DNA of 64,000 nt from Dehalococcoidia bacterium (lineage in GTDB: Bacteria; Chloroflexota; Dehalococcoidia; Lucifugimonadales; Australimonadaceae), in the NCBI GenBank assembly GCA_965116305.1, contig OZ220673.1:469784-533783 (forward strand), read 5' to 3'. Shown here one piece after another: positions 51,856-61,300 of this stretch. Each line of letters opens with the position of its first letter. Position 1 is the stretch's first letter. A program made the position numbers and the translations under genes. The notes beneath the pieces were generated by a model, which saw nothing but the letters and a program-made list of their open reading frames with translations, had not been told where the DNA came from and ran no database searches.

Positions 51856-52584
51856 ATGACGACACGAACACGAAGCCAGTCGACCGGCTCGACGCGCATA
51901 TCCCACACGGCGGAGAACTACCTGCTTTCGCTCGCCATCCTCCAAGAGGACGGCTTGAAGCCGCACATGAGCGAGCTTGCCTCCTACCTGCGCCGCATCC
52001 CGGAGGGGGAGGAGGTCGGCACGACGCTCGCCTCCGTCTCCGGCATGGTGCAGCGCATGGCGAAGGACGGGCTGCTCCAGGTGAACAGGGAGAAGCGGAT
52101 CGACCTCACGCCCTCGGGGTTCGCGCGCGCCCGCGACGTGGTGCGCCGCCACCGCCTCGCGGAGCGGCTGCTCGTCGACGTGCTCGGCGTGCCGCTGGAG
52201 CTCGCCGAGGCCGAAGCGCACAGCCTGGAGCACGGCATCTCGCCCAACCTGCTCTCGCGCATCGAGGAGCGGCTCGGCCACCCGGATACCTGCCCTTACG
52301 GGCGCCCCATCTACAAGGCGGACGACACCGCGCTCCGAACGTCCGACCCCGGCACGTTCCGCCTGAGCGAGGCGAAGAAGGGCCCGACCTACGTCGTGAC
52401 GCGCATCCCGGACGAGGACTTCCCGCTGCTCTCTTACCTCGTCAAGAGCGACGTGCTCCCCGGCAGGCGCATCGTCATCGAGGAGGTCGCGGACTACCGG
52501 GGCGTCGTCGACGTGAGCCGCGACGGCCAGCAGGTCTCGCTCGGCATGGACGTCGCGTCGCGCGTCTGGGTGCGGCCGGCCTAG
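51856..52584 (+). CDS. DtxR/IdeR/MntR-family metal-dependent transcriptional regulator with a C-terminal FeoA/SH3-like domain
   Basis: TAENYLLSLAILQEDG, VSGMVQRMAKDGLL, RHRLAERLLVDVLGVP...EAHSLEHGIS and GHPDTCPYGRPI. Confidence 0.85.
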   Translation: MTTRTRSQSTGSTRISHTAENYLLSLAILQEDGLKPHMSELASYLRRIPEGEEVGTTLASVSGMVQRMAKDGLLQVNREKRIDLTPSGFARARDVVRRHRLAERLLVDVLGVPLELAEAEAHSLEHGISPNLLSRIEERLGHPDTCPYGRPIYKADDTALRTSDPGTFRLSEAKKGPTYVVTRIPDEDFPLLSYLVKSDVLPGRRIVIEEVADYRGVVDVSRDGQQVSLGMDVASRVWVRPA

Positions 52585-54356
52585 CGGGGCTGCATCAGCA
52601 CGTCCACGACGGCGGGTTTGCCGGAGCGGACGACGGCTATCGCCTCGTCGAGCGCCGGGCCGAGGGCGTCCGGGTCCGATATGGGCCCGAACCCGGCGAC
52701 GTCGAACGCCCGCGCAAGCGTCGCGAAGTCCGGCGCGGGGTCGGTGATCTGGATGCCGATCCCCTTGTTCTCGACGGGGCGGTCGCGCCAGCGGGCGATG
52801 CGCTCCTGGTGCTCCTCGTCGTTGTAGTACGAGCGGTTGTTGAAGACGACGACGAGCAGGGGGATGCCGCAGTGCGCGGCGGTCCAGAGTGCGTTCGAGG
52901 TCATCAGGAAGTCGCCGTCGCCGACCACGCTGATGCAGAGCCGTCCGGTGTCCTTGTAGGCCAGCGCCGCACCGACCGACGACGGCAGGCCGTAGCCGAC
53001 CCCGGCGCCGCGTCCGCCGCCGAGTTCGTGGGCGTGGTCCGTGATCTCGAGCACGTCGCGCACGCGGCGTCCGTGGGAGTTGACCATCGCCCACTCAACG
53101 CCCTTCACCCGCTCCGCGATCTCGCCGTAGAGCCGCGCAGCAGAGATAGGCGCGGCGTCCCAGTTGTCGCTCATCCACTTCGCCGCCGCGGCGCGCATCT
53201 CCTCGTGCATCGCCGTCACGCGCGCCCGTCGTTCCTCGACCGCCGCGTTGGTCGCGAGCCGCTCGCGCAGCGCAGCCGTGAGCAGAGGGACCGCCTGCGC
53301 CGTGTCCGCCGCGATAGGCACCTCGACCGGCAGCAGCCACTGGTTGTCGGTCACCCAGTTCTGGCGCTCCTGGTCCAGCAGCGTGACGTGGATGAGGCGC
53401 GTTCCCTGCGGCACGGCGAGCTGGAGCGCGCCGCGCTCGCGCACCGACGGCCCGAGCGGCACGCCGAGGCTCGGCACGTCCAGCGCGAGCACCACGTCGG
53501 CGTCGGCCAGCGCGCGCTCGCGGACGCCGGTGAGGTCGAGCGGGTGCGTGTTCGGGAAGCCGAAGCGCCCCTCCGCGTCGACGACGGCGCACGCCAGTGT
53601 CTCGGCGAGCTCGACGACCGCGGGCAGCGCCGACGGGTTGCGTCCGACCTCGCCGACGACCATGACGGGCCACGAGGCTCCGGCGAGCACGTCCGCCGCC
53701 TTCGCCAGCGCATCGGGGTTGGGGGCGGGCGGGGCAGGGGGACGGAAGAGCGACACGTCCGGCACGGGCAGCGCCTCGTCCATGCGCTGCTCCTGGATGG
53801 TGCTGTCGAGGCAGACGTAGACCGGCCCCTTGGGGTCGGTCATCGCGGTGCGCACGGCGCGCAGGAGCGACTCGGGCATCGCCTCGATGCTGGCGGGCTG
53901 GTCGTCGAACTTGACGTAGTCGCGGACGGCGTTGCCCTGCACGAGCGCGGTGTGCACCCAGTCGGTCGAGCGTCGCTGGTTCGCGTCCTGCGGTCCGCCG
54001 CCGCCGAGGTTGATGATGGCGGAGCGGTCGCACCAGGCGTTGAAGATGGCCATGGACGCGTGCTGCAGGCCGACGACGTTGTGGAGGCCGGTGGCGATGG
54101 GCTCGCCGGTGACGCGGAAGTAGCCGTTGGCGACGGCGACGGCGATCTCCTCGTGGGTGCAGAGGACCATCTCCGGGCCGCCGGAGCCGAAGTTGACGAT
54201 GGAGTCGTGCAGTCCGCGGTAGCTCGCGCCGGGGTTGAGGGCGATGTACTTCACGCCGAGAGCGCGCAGCACCTCGACCATGTAGTCGGAGCCGTAGACG
54301 GCGTTGCTGGGGGTGCTGCCGCCGCTCATCGGGGTGTTCGCTGTCTTCGTCGTCAT
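52581..54356 (-). CDS. Thiamine-diphosphate-dependent enzyme (acetolactate synthase large subunit / benzoylformate decarboxylase-like)
   Basis: 591-aa ORF. The N-terminal Pyr domain has YIALNPGASYRGLHDS...CTHEEIAVAVANGY. The C-terminal PP domain has the GDGDFLM...NNRSY ThDP motif. Confidence 0.85.
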   Translation of the reverse strand: MTTKTANTPMSGGSTPSNAVYGSDYMVEVLRALGVKYIALNPGASYRGLHDSIVNFGSGGPEMVLCTHEEIAVAVANGYFRVTGEPIATGLHNVVGLQHASMAIFNAWCDRSAIINLGGGGPQDANQRRSTDWVHTALVQGNAVRDYVKFDDQPASIEAMPESLLRAVRTAMTDPKGPVYVCLDSTIQEQRMDEALPVPDVSLFRPPAPPAPNPDALAKAADVLAGASWPVMVVGEVGRNPSALPAVVELAETLACAVVDAEGRFGFPNTHPLDLTGVRERALADADVVLALDVPSLGVPLGPSVRERGALQLAVPQGTRLIHVTLLDQERQNWVTDNQWLLPVEVPIAADTAQAVPLLTAALRERLATNAAVEERRARVTAMHEEMRAAAAKWMSDNWDAAPISAARLYGEIAERVKGVEWAMVNSHGRRVRDVLEITDHAHELGGGRGAGVGYGLPSSVGAALAYKDTGRLCISVVGDGDFLMTSNALWTAAHCGIPLLVVVFNNRSYYNDEEHQERIARWRDRPVENKGIGIQITDPAPDFATLARAFDVAGFGPISDPDALGPALDEAIAVVRSGKPAVVDVLMQPR

Positions 54357-54408
54357 GGGCTTCCTCCTTCAAGCACCACTGCATACCCTATTCCGCCCTG
54401 CTCTGCCA

Positions 54409-54473
54409 ACCTCTCACCCCACCCCGGAGGGTTCACCCCCATCCTAACCTTCCCCCGTCAAGGGGGAAGGGAC
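54409..54473. repeat. Intergenic repeat (B-flank plus E copy)
   Basis: CCAACCTCTCACCCCACCCC.. followed by TCACCCCCATCCTAACCTTCCCCCGTCAAGGGGGAAGGGAC at 54433-54473. Confidence 0.85.
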
Positions 54474-54479
54474 TGAACG

Positions 54480-55424
54480 CTACAGGCGGAGGAGGCGTTC
54501 GGCGTTGCCGTGGTAGATGGCCTCGCGTTCGTCGTCGGTGCAGTCGAGGCGATCGACCATGCCGATGTGGTGGCCGTCGCCGAACGGGTGGTCGGTGCCG
54601 AGGAGCAGCCGGTCGGCGCCGACGACGCGGTAGCAGTACGCGAGTGCGTCGTCGTTGTGGGCGACGGTGTCGACGTAGAGCCGCGCGAAGTAGTCGCTGA
54701 CCGGCCTCACGTTGCCCTTGACGTTCGCGCGGATGCGTCCGCCCAGGTAGGGGATCACGCCGCCGATGTGCGGCACGATGAGCTCGAAGCCGGGCTCGTC
54801 GTCGAAGATGCCGGACTGGATGAGGCGCACCGTAGCCAGGGAGGTGTCGTAGATGAAGCCCATGCCGGGCATGAGCGTGCCCTCGATCGTGGCGGTGTTC
54901 AGGGGAGAGGTGGGGTGCAGGTTCAGCGGGACGCCGAGGGCGGCGATCCGGCGGTAGACCGGCATGAACTCCGGGGCGTCGATCGGCTTCGCGTGGGTGT
55001 TCGAGAAGAGCTGGAAGCCCTTGAAGCCGAGGTCGTTCACGCAGCGTTCGGCCTCCGCGATGGTCCGGTCCGGGTCGCCGAACCCGAGGCTTCCCATCGC
55101 CGCGAACTTGCCGGGGTACTGCTCGACGACGCGGGCGAGGAAGTCGTTGATGCGGATGGCCCAATCGTCGGCCTCGGCGCCGCCGAGGAGCTCCGGGCCG
55201 GGGATGCCGTGGGTGAGGATCGAGAAGTCCACGCCCATGGCGTCCATCGCCGTGAGCTTGTCCTCAATCTCGCGGTGTCCTGGCGGTGAGACGATGCTGT
55301 ACGCGGGCGAGCACGCGGTGATGAGCTGGCCGTCCCGGATGACGACGTTCGGGAACTCGTTGCGCGTCGCCAGGTAGTCGGCGAAGTCCTGGAAGTAGGT
55401 ATGGGTGTGGACGTCGATCTTCAT
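54480..55424 (-). CDS. Amidohydrolase-2 (ACMSD-like) family metal-dependent hydrolase/decarboxylase
   Basis: MKIDVHTHTY start and LLLGTDHPF near the C-terminus. Confidence 0.8.
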   Translation of the reverse strand: MKIDVHTHTYFQDFADYLATRNEFPNVVIRDGQLITACSPAYSIVSPPGHREIEDKLTAMDAMGVDFSILTHGIPGPELLGGAEADDWAIRINDFLARVVEQYPGKFAAMGSLGFGDPDRTIAEAERCVNDLGFKGFQLFSNTHAKPIDAPEFMPVYRRIAALGVPLNLHPTSPLNTATIEGTLMPGMGFIYDTSLATVRLIQSGIFDDEPGFELIVPHIGGVIPYLGGRIRANVKGNVRPVSDYFARLYVDTVAHNDDALAYCYRVVGADRLLLGTDHPFGDGHHIGMVDRLDCTDDEREAIYHGNAERLLRL

Positions 55425-55460
55425 AAGGCTCCTTCTGCTCCTCGTCGGAGGCTCCCCCGC

Positions 55461-55520
55461 CCCGGAGGGCCCTCACCCGCGCGCTAAAGCGCGTTTCCCT
55501 CTCCCTCAGGAGAGGGGATC
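55461..55520. repeat. Composite ~57-nt repeat, left copy flanking msrB
   Basis: CCGGAGGGCCCTCACCCGCGCGCTAAAGCGCGTTTCCCTCTCCCTCAGGAGAGGGGATC. Confidence 0.88.
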
Positions 55521-55536
55521 AGGCTCCCGCTGCAGG

Positions 55537-55899
55537 TCATGTTGCCGGAACGAACTTCATGGAGAGCGAGTTGACGCAGTGGCGGGTGTTGGTGGGGGTG
55601 AAGCCCTCGCCCATGAAGACGTGGCCGAGGTGCCCGCCGCAGGACGCGCACTCGATCTCGGTGCGGAAGCCGTCCGGGTCCGGCAGGCGGTTGACGGCGC
55701 CCTCGACCTCCTTGTCGAACGCGGGCCAGCCGCAGTGCGCGTCGAACTTGTCGACGGAGCGGTAGAGCTCGGCGTCGCAGCGGCGGCAGACGTACGTGCC
55801 GGGCTCGTAGAAGTCGTCGTACTCGCCGGAGAAGGGGTACTCGGTCCCCTTCTCCTCGATCACCCAGCGCTCCATCGGGGTCAGCTCGTTCCAGGCCAT
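55537..55899 (-). CDS. msrB: Peptide-methionine (R)-S-oxide reductase
   Basis: YVCRRCDAELYRSVDKFDAHCGWPAF and RTEIECASCGGHLGHVF. Confidence 0.93.
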   Translation of the reverse strand: MAWNELTPMERWVIEEKGTEYPFSGEYDDFYEPGTYVCRRCDAELYRSVDKFDAHCGWPAFDKEVEGAVNRLPDPDGFRTEIECASCGGHLGHVFMGEGFTPTNTRHCVNSLSMKFVPAT

Positions 55900-55963
55900 G
55901 GTTCTCGTCTCCCTGTCGCTTGTGAGGCCTATGCATCCTGCGCTTCGACATCCCCTCCTCGCC

Positions 55964-56020
55964 CCGGGGCCCTCACCCGCGCGCTAAAGCGCTTTTCCCT
56001 CTCCCTCAGGAGAGGGGATG
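55964..56020. repeat. Composite ~57-nt repeat, right copy flanking msrB (direct orientation)
   Basis: CCGGGGCCCTCACCCGCGCGCTAAAGCGCTTTTCCCTCTCCCTCAGGAGAGGGGATG. Confidence 0.88.
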
Positions 56021-56034
56021 AAGCAGCCCCGATA

Positions 56035-57003
56035 CTACGCGAACGCGGGCCAGACGTCCTGCTCGAAGCGCTCCCACTGTCCGGGCTGGTCCCAGGAGGC
56101 GAAGCGCACGATGACGGTGTCCGCGCCGGCGTCGCCGAAATCCTGGATGCGCTGGGCGACCTCGCCGGGCGTTCCCCACGGCCCCCACGAACTGCCCCAG
56201 TGAGCGACCTTGTAGTAGTTGATGAGGAAGTCGTGCGCCTCGGCCTCGGCGGCCTGCCGGTCGGCGCCGAGGTTGATCGTGAGGTAGTAGACGTACTGGA
56301 ACGGCTCGGCGTCGCGTCCGATCTCCGCTCGAACGAGGTCCACCTTCCCGATGGTCTCCGCGTACTGGATCGGGTCGTCGGTGATGCCGATGATGCCGTC
56401 GCCGTGGCGGGCGGCGCGTCGCACCTGCGCTTCGGAGCCGGTGCGGTAGTGGGTCGCCAGCAGCATCGGCACGCCGCCGGGCTGCACGGGTTTGGGGTCG
56501 AGCGTGAGGTCGTCGAACCGGAAGTGCGAGCCCTCGAACGTGACGTTGTCCTCCGTCCAGAGCCGCTTCATCAGGCGGACGGTCTCGGAGAAGCGCCCGG
56601 CCCGCTTCTCTGGTTCGACGCCCGCGGCGGTCCAGTCCTGCCGCTGGTCGTCGTTGAAGGCGCCTCCGACGCCCGCGCCGATGACGATGCGTCCGTTCGA
56701 GACGATGTCGGCAGTGGCGATGCTGTGTGCGAGCGGGACGGGGGGGCGTATCGCGGGCAGCAGCACCGCCGTGCCGATGCGGACGCGGGAGGTGCGGGCG
56801 GCGATGGCCGACATCGCGGTCACGGGCTCGAGCCGGGGCTTGGAGACGAGACTGTCGCCGACCCAGACGGAGTCGAGCCCGGCAGCCTCGGCGCGTTCGG
56901 CGAGAGTCAGCATCCCCTCGGCGGAGTAGGGCGTACCCTCGCGCTGCGCGCGCATCACCATCCCCCTCGTGCCGAGCAGCAGACCTATCTTCGGTTTCGT
57001 CAT
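56035..57003 (-). CDS. Luciferase-like (LLM class) oxidoreductase, probably F420-dependent
   Basis: 322-aa ORF. GLDSVWVGDSL, RIGTAVLL and the overall LLM pattern. It is co-oriented with and overlaps cofC. Confidence 0.8.
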   Translation of the reverse strand: MTKPKIGLLLGTRGMVMRAQREGTPYSAEGMLTLAERAEAAGLDSVWVGDSLVSKPRLEPVTAMSAIAARTSRVRIGTAVLLPAIRPPVPLAHSIATADIVSNGRIVIGAGVGGAFNDDQRQDWTAAGVEPEKRAGRFSETVRLMKRLWTEDNVTFEGSHFRFDDLTLDPKPVQPGGVPMLLATHYRTGSEAQVRRAARHGDGIIGITDDPIQYAETIGKVDLVRAEIGRDAEPFQYVYYLTINLGADRQAAEAEAHDFLINYYKVAHWGSSWGPWGTPGEVAQRIQDFGDAGADTVIVRFASWDQPGQWERFEQDVWPAFA

Positions 57004-57668
57004 CTATCGCTCCTGTTCAGCCAAGTCTCCCAATCGTAGACGCTCTGCGCGAACCCGACGACGTTCTCCTTCGCCCACTCATAGTCCGCGCGGGTGTCGA
57101 GATCGAACGCGACGCGCGGCAGGTCGGGGGTGACCAGCGTTGCTCCCTTCGCGGCGGCGGCCTCGCAGTGCTTGTCGAAGCTGCGCTCTCCCAGCAGCGG
57201 CTCGAATGCCGTACCGGCGGGTTGGAGCAGGGCGTTCGTTCCGCTGTCGCTCGACGCACGTACGCAGACCGTGGCAGCGTAGCCGTCGCTCGCGGTGACC
57301 AGCGTCCGCACGTCTTCGTCGAGGACCATCGGGAGGTCGCCGGGCAGGAAGAGCGCGGCCTCCGCTCCGTCGGCGTACGCACCCCGCATGGCGACCCAGA
57401 GTGCCGCGTTCAGACCGTCGGCGGTTTCGGGATCCCAGCGCGCTCCACAGGCCTCTGCAACCTCGCGCACGACCTCGTCGCCGCCCACGACGACGCACGC
57501 GCCCTGCGCCGTGGCGGTCACCGCGGCGGCGACGACGCGCTCCAGCATCAGCAGGACGACGGCCTGCCTTTCCAGCGGGCGGAGGTCGTCCCAGAGGCGC
57601 GTCTTCGCCTCGGTCAACGGTTTCATCGGCACGAGCGTTCGAAGCGGATGGGGCAACGAGGTGGTCAC
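57000..57668 (-). CDS. cofC: 2-phospho-L-lactate (or PEP) guanylyltransferase CofC/FbiD
   Basis: LVPMKPLTEAKTRL, ALFLPGDLPMV and GTNALL. Confidence 0.8.
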   Translation of the reverse strand: MTTSLPHPLRTLVPMKPLTEAKTRLWDDLRPLERQAVVLLMLERVVAAAVTATAQGACVVVGGDEVVREVAEACGARWDPETADGLNAALWVAMRGAYADGAEAALFLPGDLPMVLDEDVRTLVTASDGYAATVCVRASSDSGTNALLQPAGTAFEPLLGERSFDKHCEAAAAKGATLVTPDLPRVAFDLDTRADYEWAKENVVGFAQSVYDWETWLNRSDR

Positions 57669-58645
57669 CGCGAGCTCCGTTGCTGGGTCGTCCGCGCCAC
57701 GAGCGCCAGCACCTCGCGGGCGAGGGCTGTCTTGTTGGCGTCCGTTGTCATGACGGTCGGGGCGACGTGCGCAGCGATGCCGAGCGCCTCGACCGACGGG
57801 GCCTCTGCGGCGTCGCTCTCGTCAAGCACGAGCACGTCGATCAGCCCGGCGTAGCGCCGCGCGACGCCGGCGTTGCTGACCTCCTCGCCGAGCTCGGCCA
57901 TCATCTTGGCGGCGGGGCCCTTGAGCGCGCGCCCGCCGACGACGGGGCTGACGGCGACTCGCGGCCCGGCGAAGCTTCCGATGGCGTCGCGGATACCCTG
58001 CACGGCGAGCACGGGCTCGATGCTCACGAGCGGGTTGGATGGGCAGAAGACGACGGCGTCGGCGTTCGCCAGTGCATCGCTCAGGGCAGGGGAGGGCGTC
58101 GCGTCTTCCGCCCCCGCGAACCGCACACCGGTGATGCGCGGCTCGCAGGCGCGGCGCACGAAGTACTCCTGGAAAGCCATCTCGCCGTGCTCCGTCTGCG
58201 CGATGGTGCGGACAGGGACGTCCGACATCGGCACAACGGGGTGGCGGACGCCGAGGGCATCGCATATCGCGCGGGTGGCCTCGGTCAGCGTGCAGCCCGC
58301 CGCGAGCAGTTCAGTGCGGCGCAGGTGCATGCCGAGGTCGAGGTCGCCGAGCCGGAACCACGTCTCGCCGCCGAGCCTGCCGAGCGCGTCCAGCGCGCGG
58401 AACGAGTCGCCAGCGACGCCCCAGCCGGTGTCCGGGTTCGTGAGCCCGGCGAGCGCATAGACGACCGTGTCGACGTCCGGGGAGACGTGCAGGCCGTGGA
58501 ACGTCTCGTCGTCGCCGGTGTTGACGACGACGGTCAGCTCGTCAGGCGCGAGGAGGCGCGACAGGCCGAGGGCAAGTTTCGCGCCGCCGACACCGCCCGA
58601 GACAGCAAGCGCTCGTGGCACGGCGCTATCCCTGCGCGGCGGCAA
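57665..58645 (-). CDS. cofD: 2-phospho-L-lactate transferase CofD/FbiA
   Basis: LAVSGGVGGAKLALGL, VVNTGDD and PSNPLVSIEPVLAV. Confidence 0.88.
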   Translation of the reverse strand: MPPRRDSAVPRALAVSGGVGGAKLALGLSRLLAPDELTVVVNTGDDETFHGLHVSPDVDTVVYALAGLTNPDTGWGVAGDSFRALDALGRLGGETWFRLGDLDLGMHLRRTELLAAGCTLTEATRAICDALGVRHPVVPMSDVPVRTIAQTEHGEMAFQEYFVRRACEPRITGVRFAGAEDATPSPALSDALANADAVVFCPSNPLVSIEPVLAVQGIRDAIGSFAGPRVAVSPVVGGRALKGPAAKMMAELGEEVSNAGVARRYAGLIDVLVLDESDAAEAPSVEALGIAAHVAPTVMTTDANKTALAREVLALVARTTQQRSSR

Positions 58646-59975
58646 GCGCCTCAGGCAGCGTGGGGCCTTCCAGTTCCGGCGCGCGCTGCCCCTCGTAGCG
58701 GAAGGCCTCGAGCTTGATGAGCTCGCGGTAGGAGCCGAAGCGCTCCGGGTGAGCGGCAGCGAGGTCCAAGGGCTCAGGCTCGTCCGGCTCCACTTCGTGG
58801 ACGCGACGCGTCTCGTAGAGCGTCGTGCGCTCGACGGGCAAGCGGCCCGCGTCGCGGATCCAGCGGCGCAGTTCCGACGGCGGGACGAGCTGTCCGTAGG
58901 ACGCGCCCGCGGCGGTGGAGATGCTCTCGTTGATGAGCGTGCCGCCCACGTCGTTGCAGCCCGCGGTCAGCAGCAGTTGGGCGAGTTTCGGGCCCTCCTT
59001 CACCCAAGAGCACTGGATGTTGTCGATCCAGCCGTGGAGCATGATGCGGGCTATGGCGTGCATCCGCACGACCTCGGCGCCCGTTGCGCCGGGGCGCATC
59101 TCGTCCGACATCTGCTTCACGAACATTGGCGCTTCCGCGTGCACGAAGCTCAGGGGCACGAACTCGGTGAAGCCACCGGTCGCCTTCTGGATGTCGCGGA
59201 GGTAGGCGAGGTGCGCGGCGCGGTGCTCATTCGTCTCGACGTGGCCGAACATGATGGTGGACGTGGTGGGGATGCCGAGCCGGTGCGCGGTCGTGATGAC
59301 CTCCGTCCACTGGTCGACGGTGATGCGTCCGGGAGCGATGCGATCGCGCACGGGCTGGTCGAGTATCTCCGCCGAGGTGCCGGGCAGCGAGCCGATGCCC
59401 ACGTCGCGCAGCCCGCGCAGGTAGTCCTCGATGGTGCCCCGTGAGCGGACGGCGCCATACAGCACCTCCTCCGGCGAGAAGCCGTGGATGTGGAGGTGCG
59501 GCAACTCGGCCTTCAGCTCGCGGGTGAGGTCGATGTAGAGCGAGCCTTCCATCTTGGGCGGCAGCCCGGCCTGGATGCAGACCTCGGTCGCGCCGAGGTC
59601 TGATGCCTCCTGAGCGCGGCGGACGATCTCGTTCAGCGGGAGGAAGTAGCCCTCCTCTTCGCGGAAGTCGCGGCTGAACGCGCAGAAGCCGCAGCGCTTG
59701 ATGCAGACGTTCGTGAAGTTGATGTTGCGGTTGACGACGTAGGTGACGCGGTCGCCATTGACCTGCCGCCGCAGCTCGTCCGCCGTGGCCATCAGCGCGA
59801 GGAGCGCGGCGCCGTCGGCCTCGAAGAGGCGCGCGCCCTCCTCCACCGTGACCTCGCTGCCTTCGAGGGGCTTCGCGAGGATGCGGGCGATGTCCGCCGG
59901 GACGCTGCTCAGCAGCGACTCCAGCCCGCGCCAGCCGTGCTCCGTCTGTCCGTTCGATACGTTCGGTTCGCTCAA
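58626..59975 (-). CDS. cofH: FO synthase subunit 2 (radical SAM) CofH
   Basis: NINFTNVCIKRCGFCAFSR (CxxxCxxC) and the CofH pattern. The probable start is TTG 59975, overlapping the cofG stop. The ORF-track ORF reaches 60161. Confidence 0.85.
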   Translation of the reverse strand: MSEPNVSNGQTEHGWRGLESLLSSVPADIARILAKPLEGSEVTVEEGARLFEADGAALLALMATADELRRQVNGDRVTYVVNRNINFTNVCIKRCGFCAFSRDFREEEGYFLPLNEIVRRAQEASDLGATEVCIQAGLPPKMEGSLYIDLTRELKAELPHLHIHGFSPEEVLYGAVRSRGTIEDYLRGLRDVGIGSLPGTSAEILDQPVRDRIAPGRITVDQWTEVITTAHRLGIPTTSTIMFGHVETNEHRAAHLAYLRDIQKATGGFTEFVPLSFVHAEAPMFVKQMSDEMRPGATGAEVVRMHAIARIMLHGWIDNIQCSWVKEGPKLAQLLLTAGCNDVGGTLINESISTAAGASYGQLVPPSELRRWIRDAGRLPVERTTLYETRRVHEVEPDEPEPLDLAAAHPERFGSYRELIKLEAFRYEGQRAPELEGPTLPEALAAAQG

Positions 59976-61180
59976 TTCCAACGCTCCAGTTCCGGTTTCA
60001 CATATCCGTCGTCGTCCGTCAACTCCGCGAGGCGGGACGTGATCCGGGGCGAGCGCGCCCACGCGCCGTCGAGGATGTGAGAGGGGTAAAGCGCGGTGCG
60101 CTCCCGCAACTCGTAGCCCGCCTCCCGTGTCAGGTCGCGCAGCCGGTCGATGTCGGGCCAAGCCGCCTCCGGATTGATGAAGTCCTTCGTGAGGGGGGAG
60201 ACGCCTCCCCAGTCGTTGATGCCGCAGAGCAGGTAGGTCTCGTAGCCGTCGGCCTGCAGGTTGGGCGGCGCCTGGATGTTCATCTCCGGACCGAGCAGCA
60301 GGCGGGCGACGGCGAGCGTGCGCAGCATGTCGAGCGCGGACGGCTCCGGCGCACCGCGCATCCGCGTGCCGGACTTGGCGCGGAAGTTCTGGACGATGAC
60401 CTCCTGGACGTTGCCGCAGCGCTCCTGCACGTCGCGTATCGCGAGCAGCGCATCGACCCGCTCCTCCGGCGTCTCCCCGATGCCGATGAGGATACCGGTC
60501 GTCATCGCCACGCCGAGCTCGGCGGCCGTCTCCAGCGTGGCGACGCGCTGTTCCGGGCGCTTGGTCACGGTGCCGTGGTGCGGGCCGCCGGGCTCATGCA
60601 GGCGGAGGCTCGCGCTCTCCAGCATGATGCCCATGCTGGCGTTCCAGGGGGCTATCGCCGCCATCTCGTCGCGGTCGAGCGTGCCGCAGTTCGTGTGGGG
60701 CAGCAGGCCGGTCTCTTCCAGCACGAGCCTGCTCATGGCTGCGACGTACTCCGGCGTAGAGTCGAAGCCCAGCGCTCGCAGCGTCGCGCGCATCTCGGGA
60801 TGGCGCTCCTCCGGGTGATCGCCGAGGCTGAGCAGCACCTCCTTGCAGCCGAGCTCCGCGCCGCGTTGCGCGACGGCGAGCACCTCGTCCGGCGTCATGG
60901 TGTGCGCGCCGCGCTGGTGGGGGCCCTTCACGAAAGTGCAGTAGCCGCAGCGGTCGCGGCAGAGGTTCGTGAGGGGGAGGAAGACCTTGCGGGAGTAGGT
61001 GACGCGGCGGTGGGGGCGGGCGCGGTCGTTCAACTCGCAGGCGGCGGCCATGAGCGCGGTGAGGTCGGCGGGGTCGCGCGAGGCCATGAGGCGGTAGCCG
61101 TCGTCCGCTGCCAGGCCCTCGCCTGCCAGCGCCTTCTCGATAACCGCCTGGGTGAAGTTGCGAACCGTCTGCGTTGCCAT
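59972..61180 (-). CDS. cofG: FO synthase subunit 1 (radical SAM) CofG
   Basis: FLPLTNLCRDRCGYCTF (CxxxCxxC). ATG 61180 gives MATQTVRNFTQAVIEKAL. Confidence 0.85.
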   Translation of the reverse strand: MATQTVRNFTQAVIEKALAGEGLAADDGYRLMASRDPADLTALMAAACELNDRARPHRRVTYSRKVFLPLTNLCRDRCGYCTFVKGPHQRGAHTMTPDEVLAVAQRGAELGCKEVLLSLGDHPEERHPEMRATLRALGFDSTPEYVAAMSRLVLEETGLLPHTNCGTLDRDEMAAIAPWNASMGIMLESASLRLHEPGGPHHGTVTKRPEQRVATLETAAELGVAMTTGILIGIGETPEERVDALLAIRDVQERCGNVQEVIVQNFRAKSGTRMRGAPEPSALDMLRTLAVARLLLGPEMNIQAPPNLQADGYETYLLCGINDWGGVSPLTKDFINPEAAWPDIDRLRDLTREAGYELRERTALYPSHILDGAWARSPRITSRLAELTDDDGYVKPELERWN

Positions 61181-61300
61181 CGCTCCCCGGAATGAATGAG
61201 TAATCGCACCCGCGACGGCGGTACGCCGGTCAGCGGGCCGAGGCGCGATGGGCCTCTCACAGGAGGTAGATGGTAGCATGCACGCGGAGGCTGGCCAACC

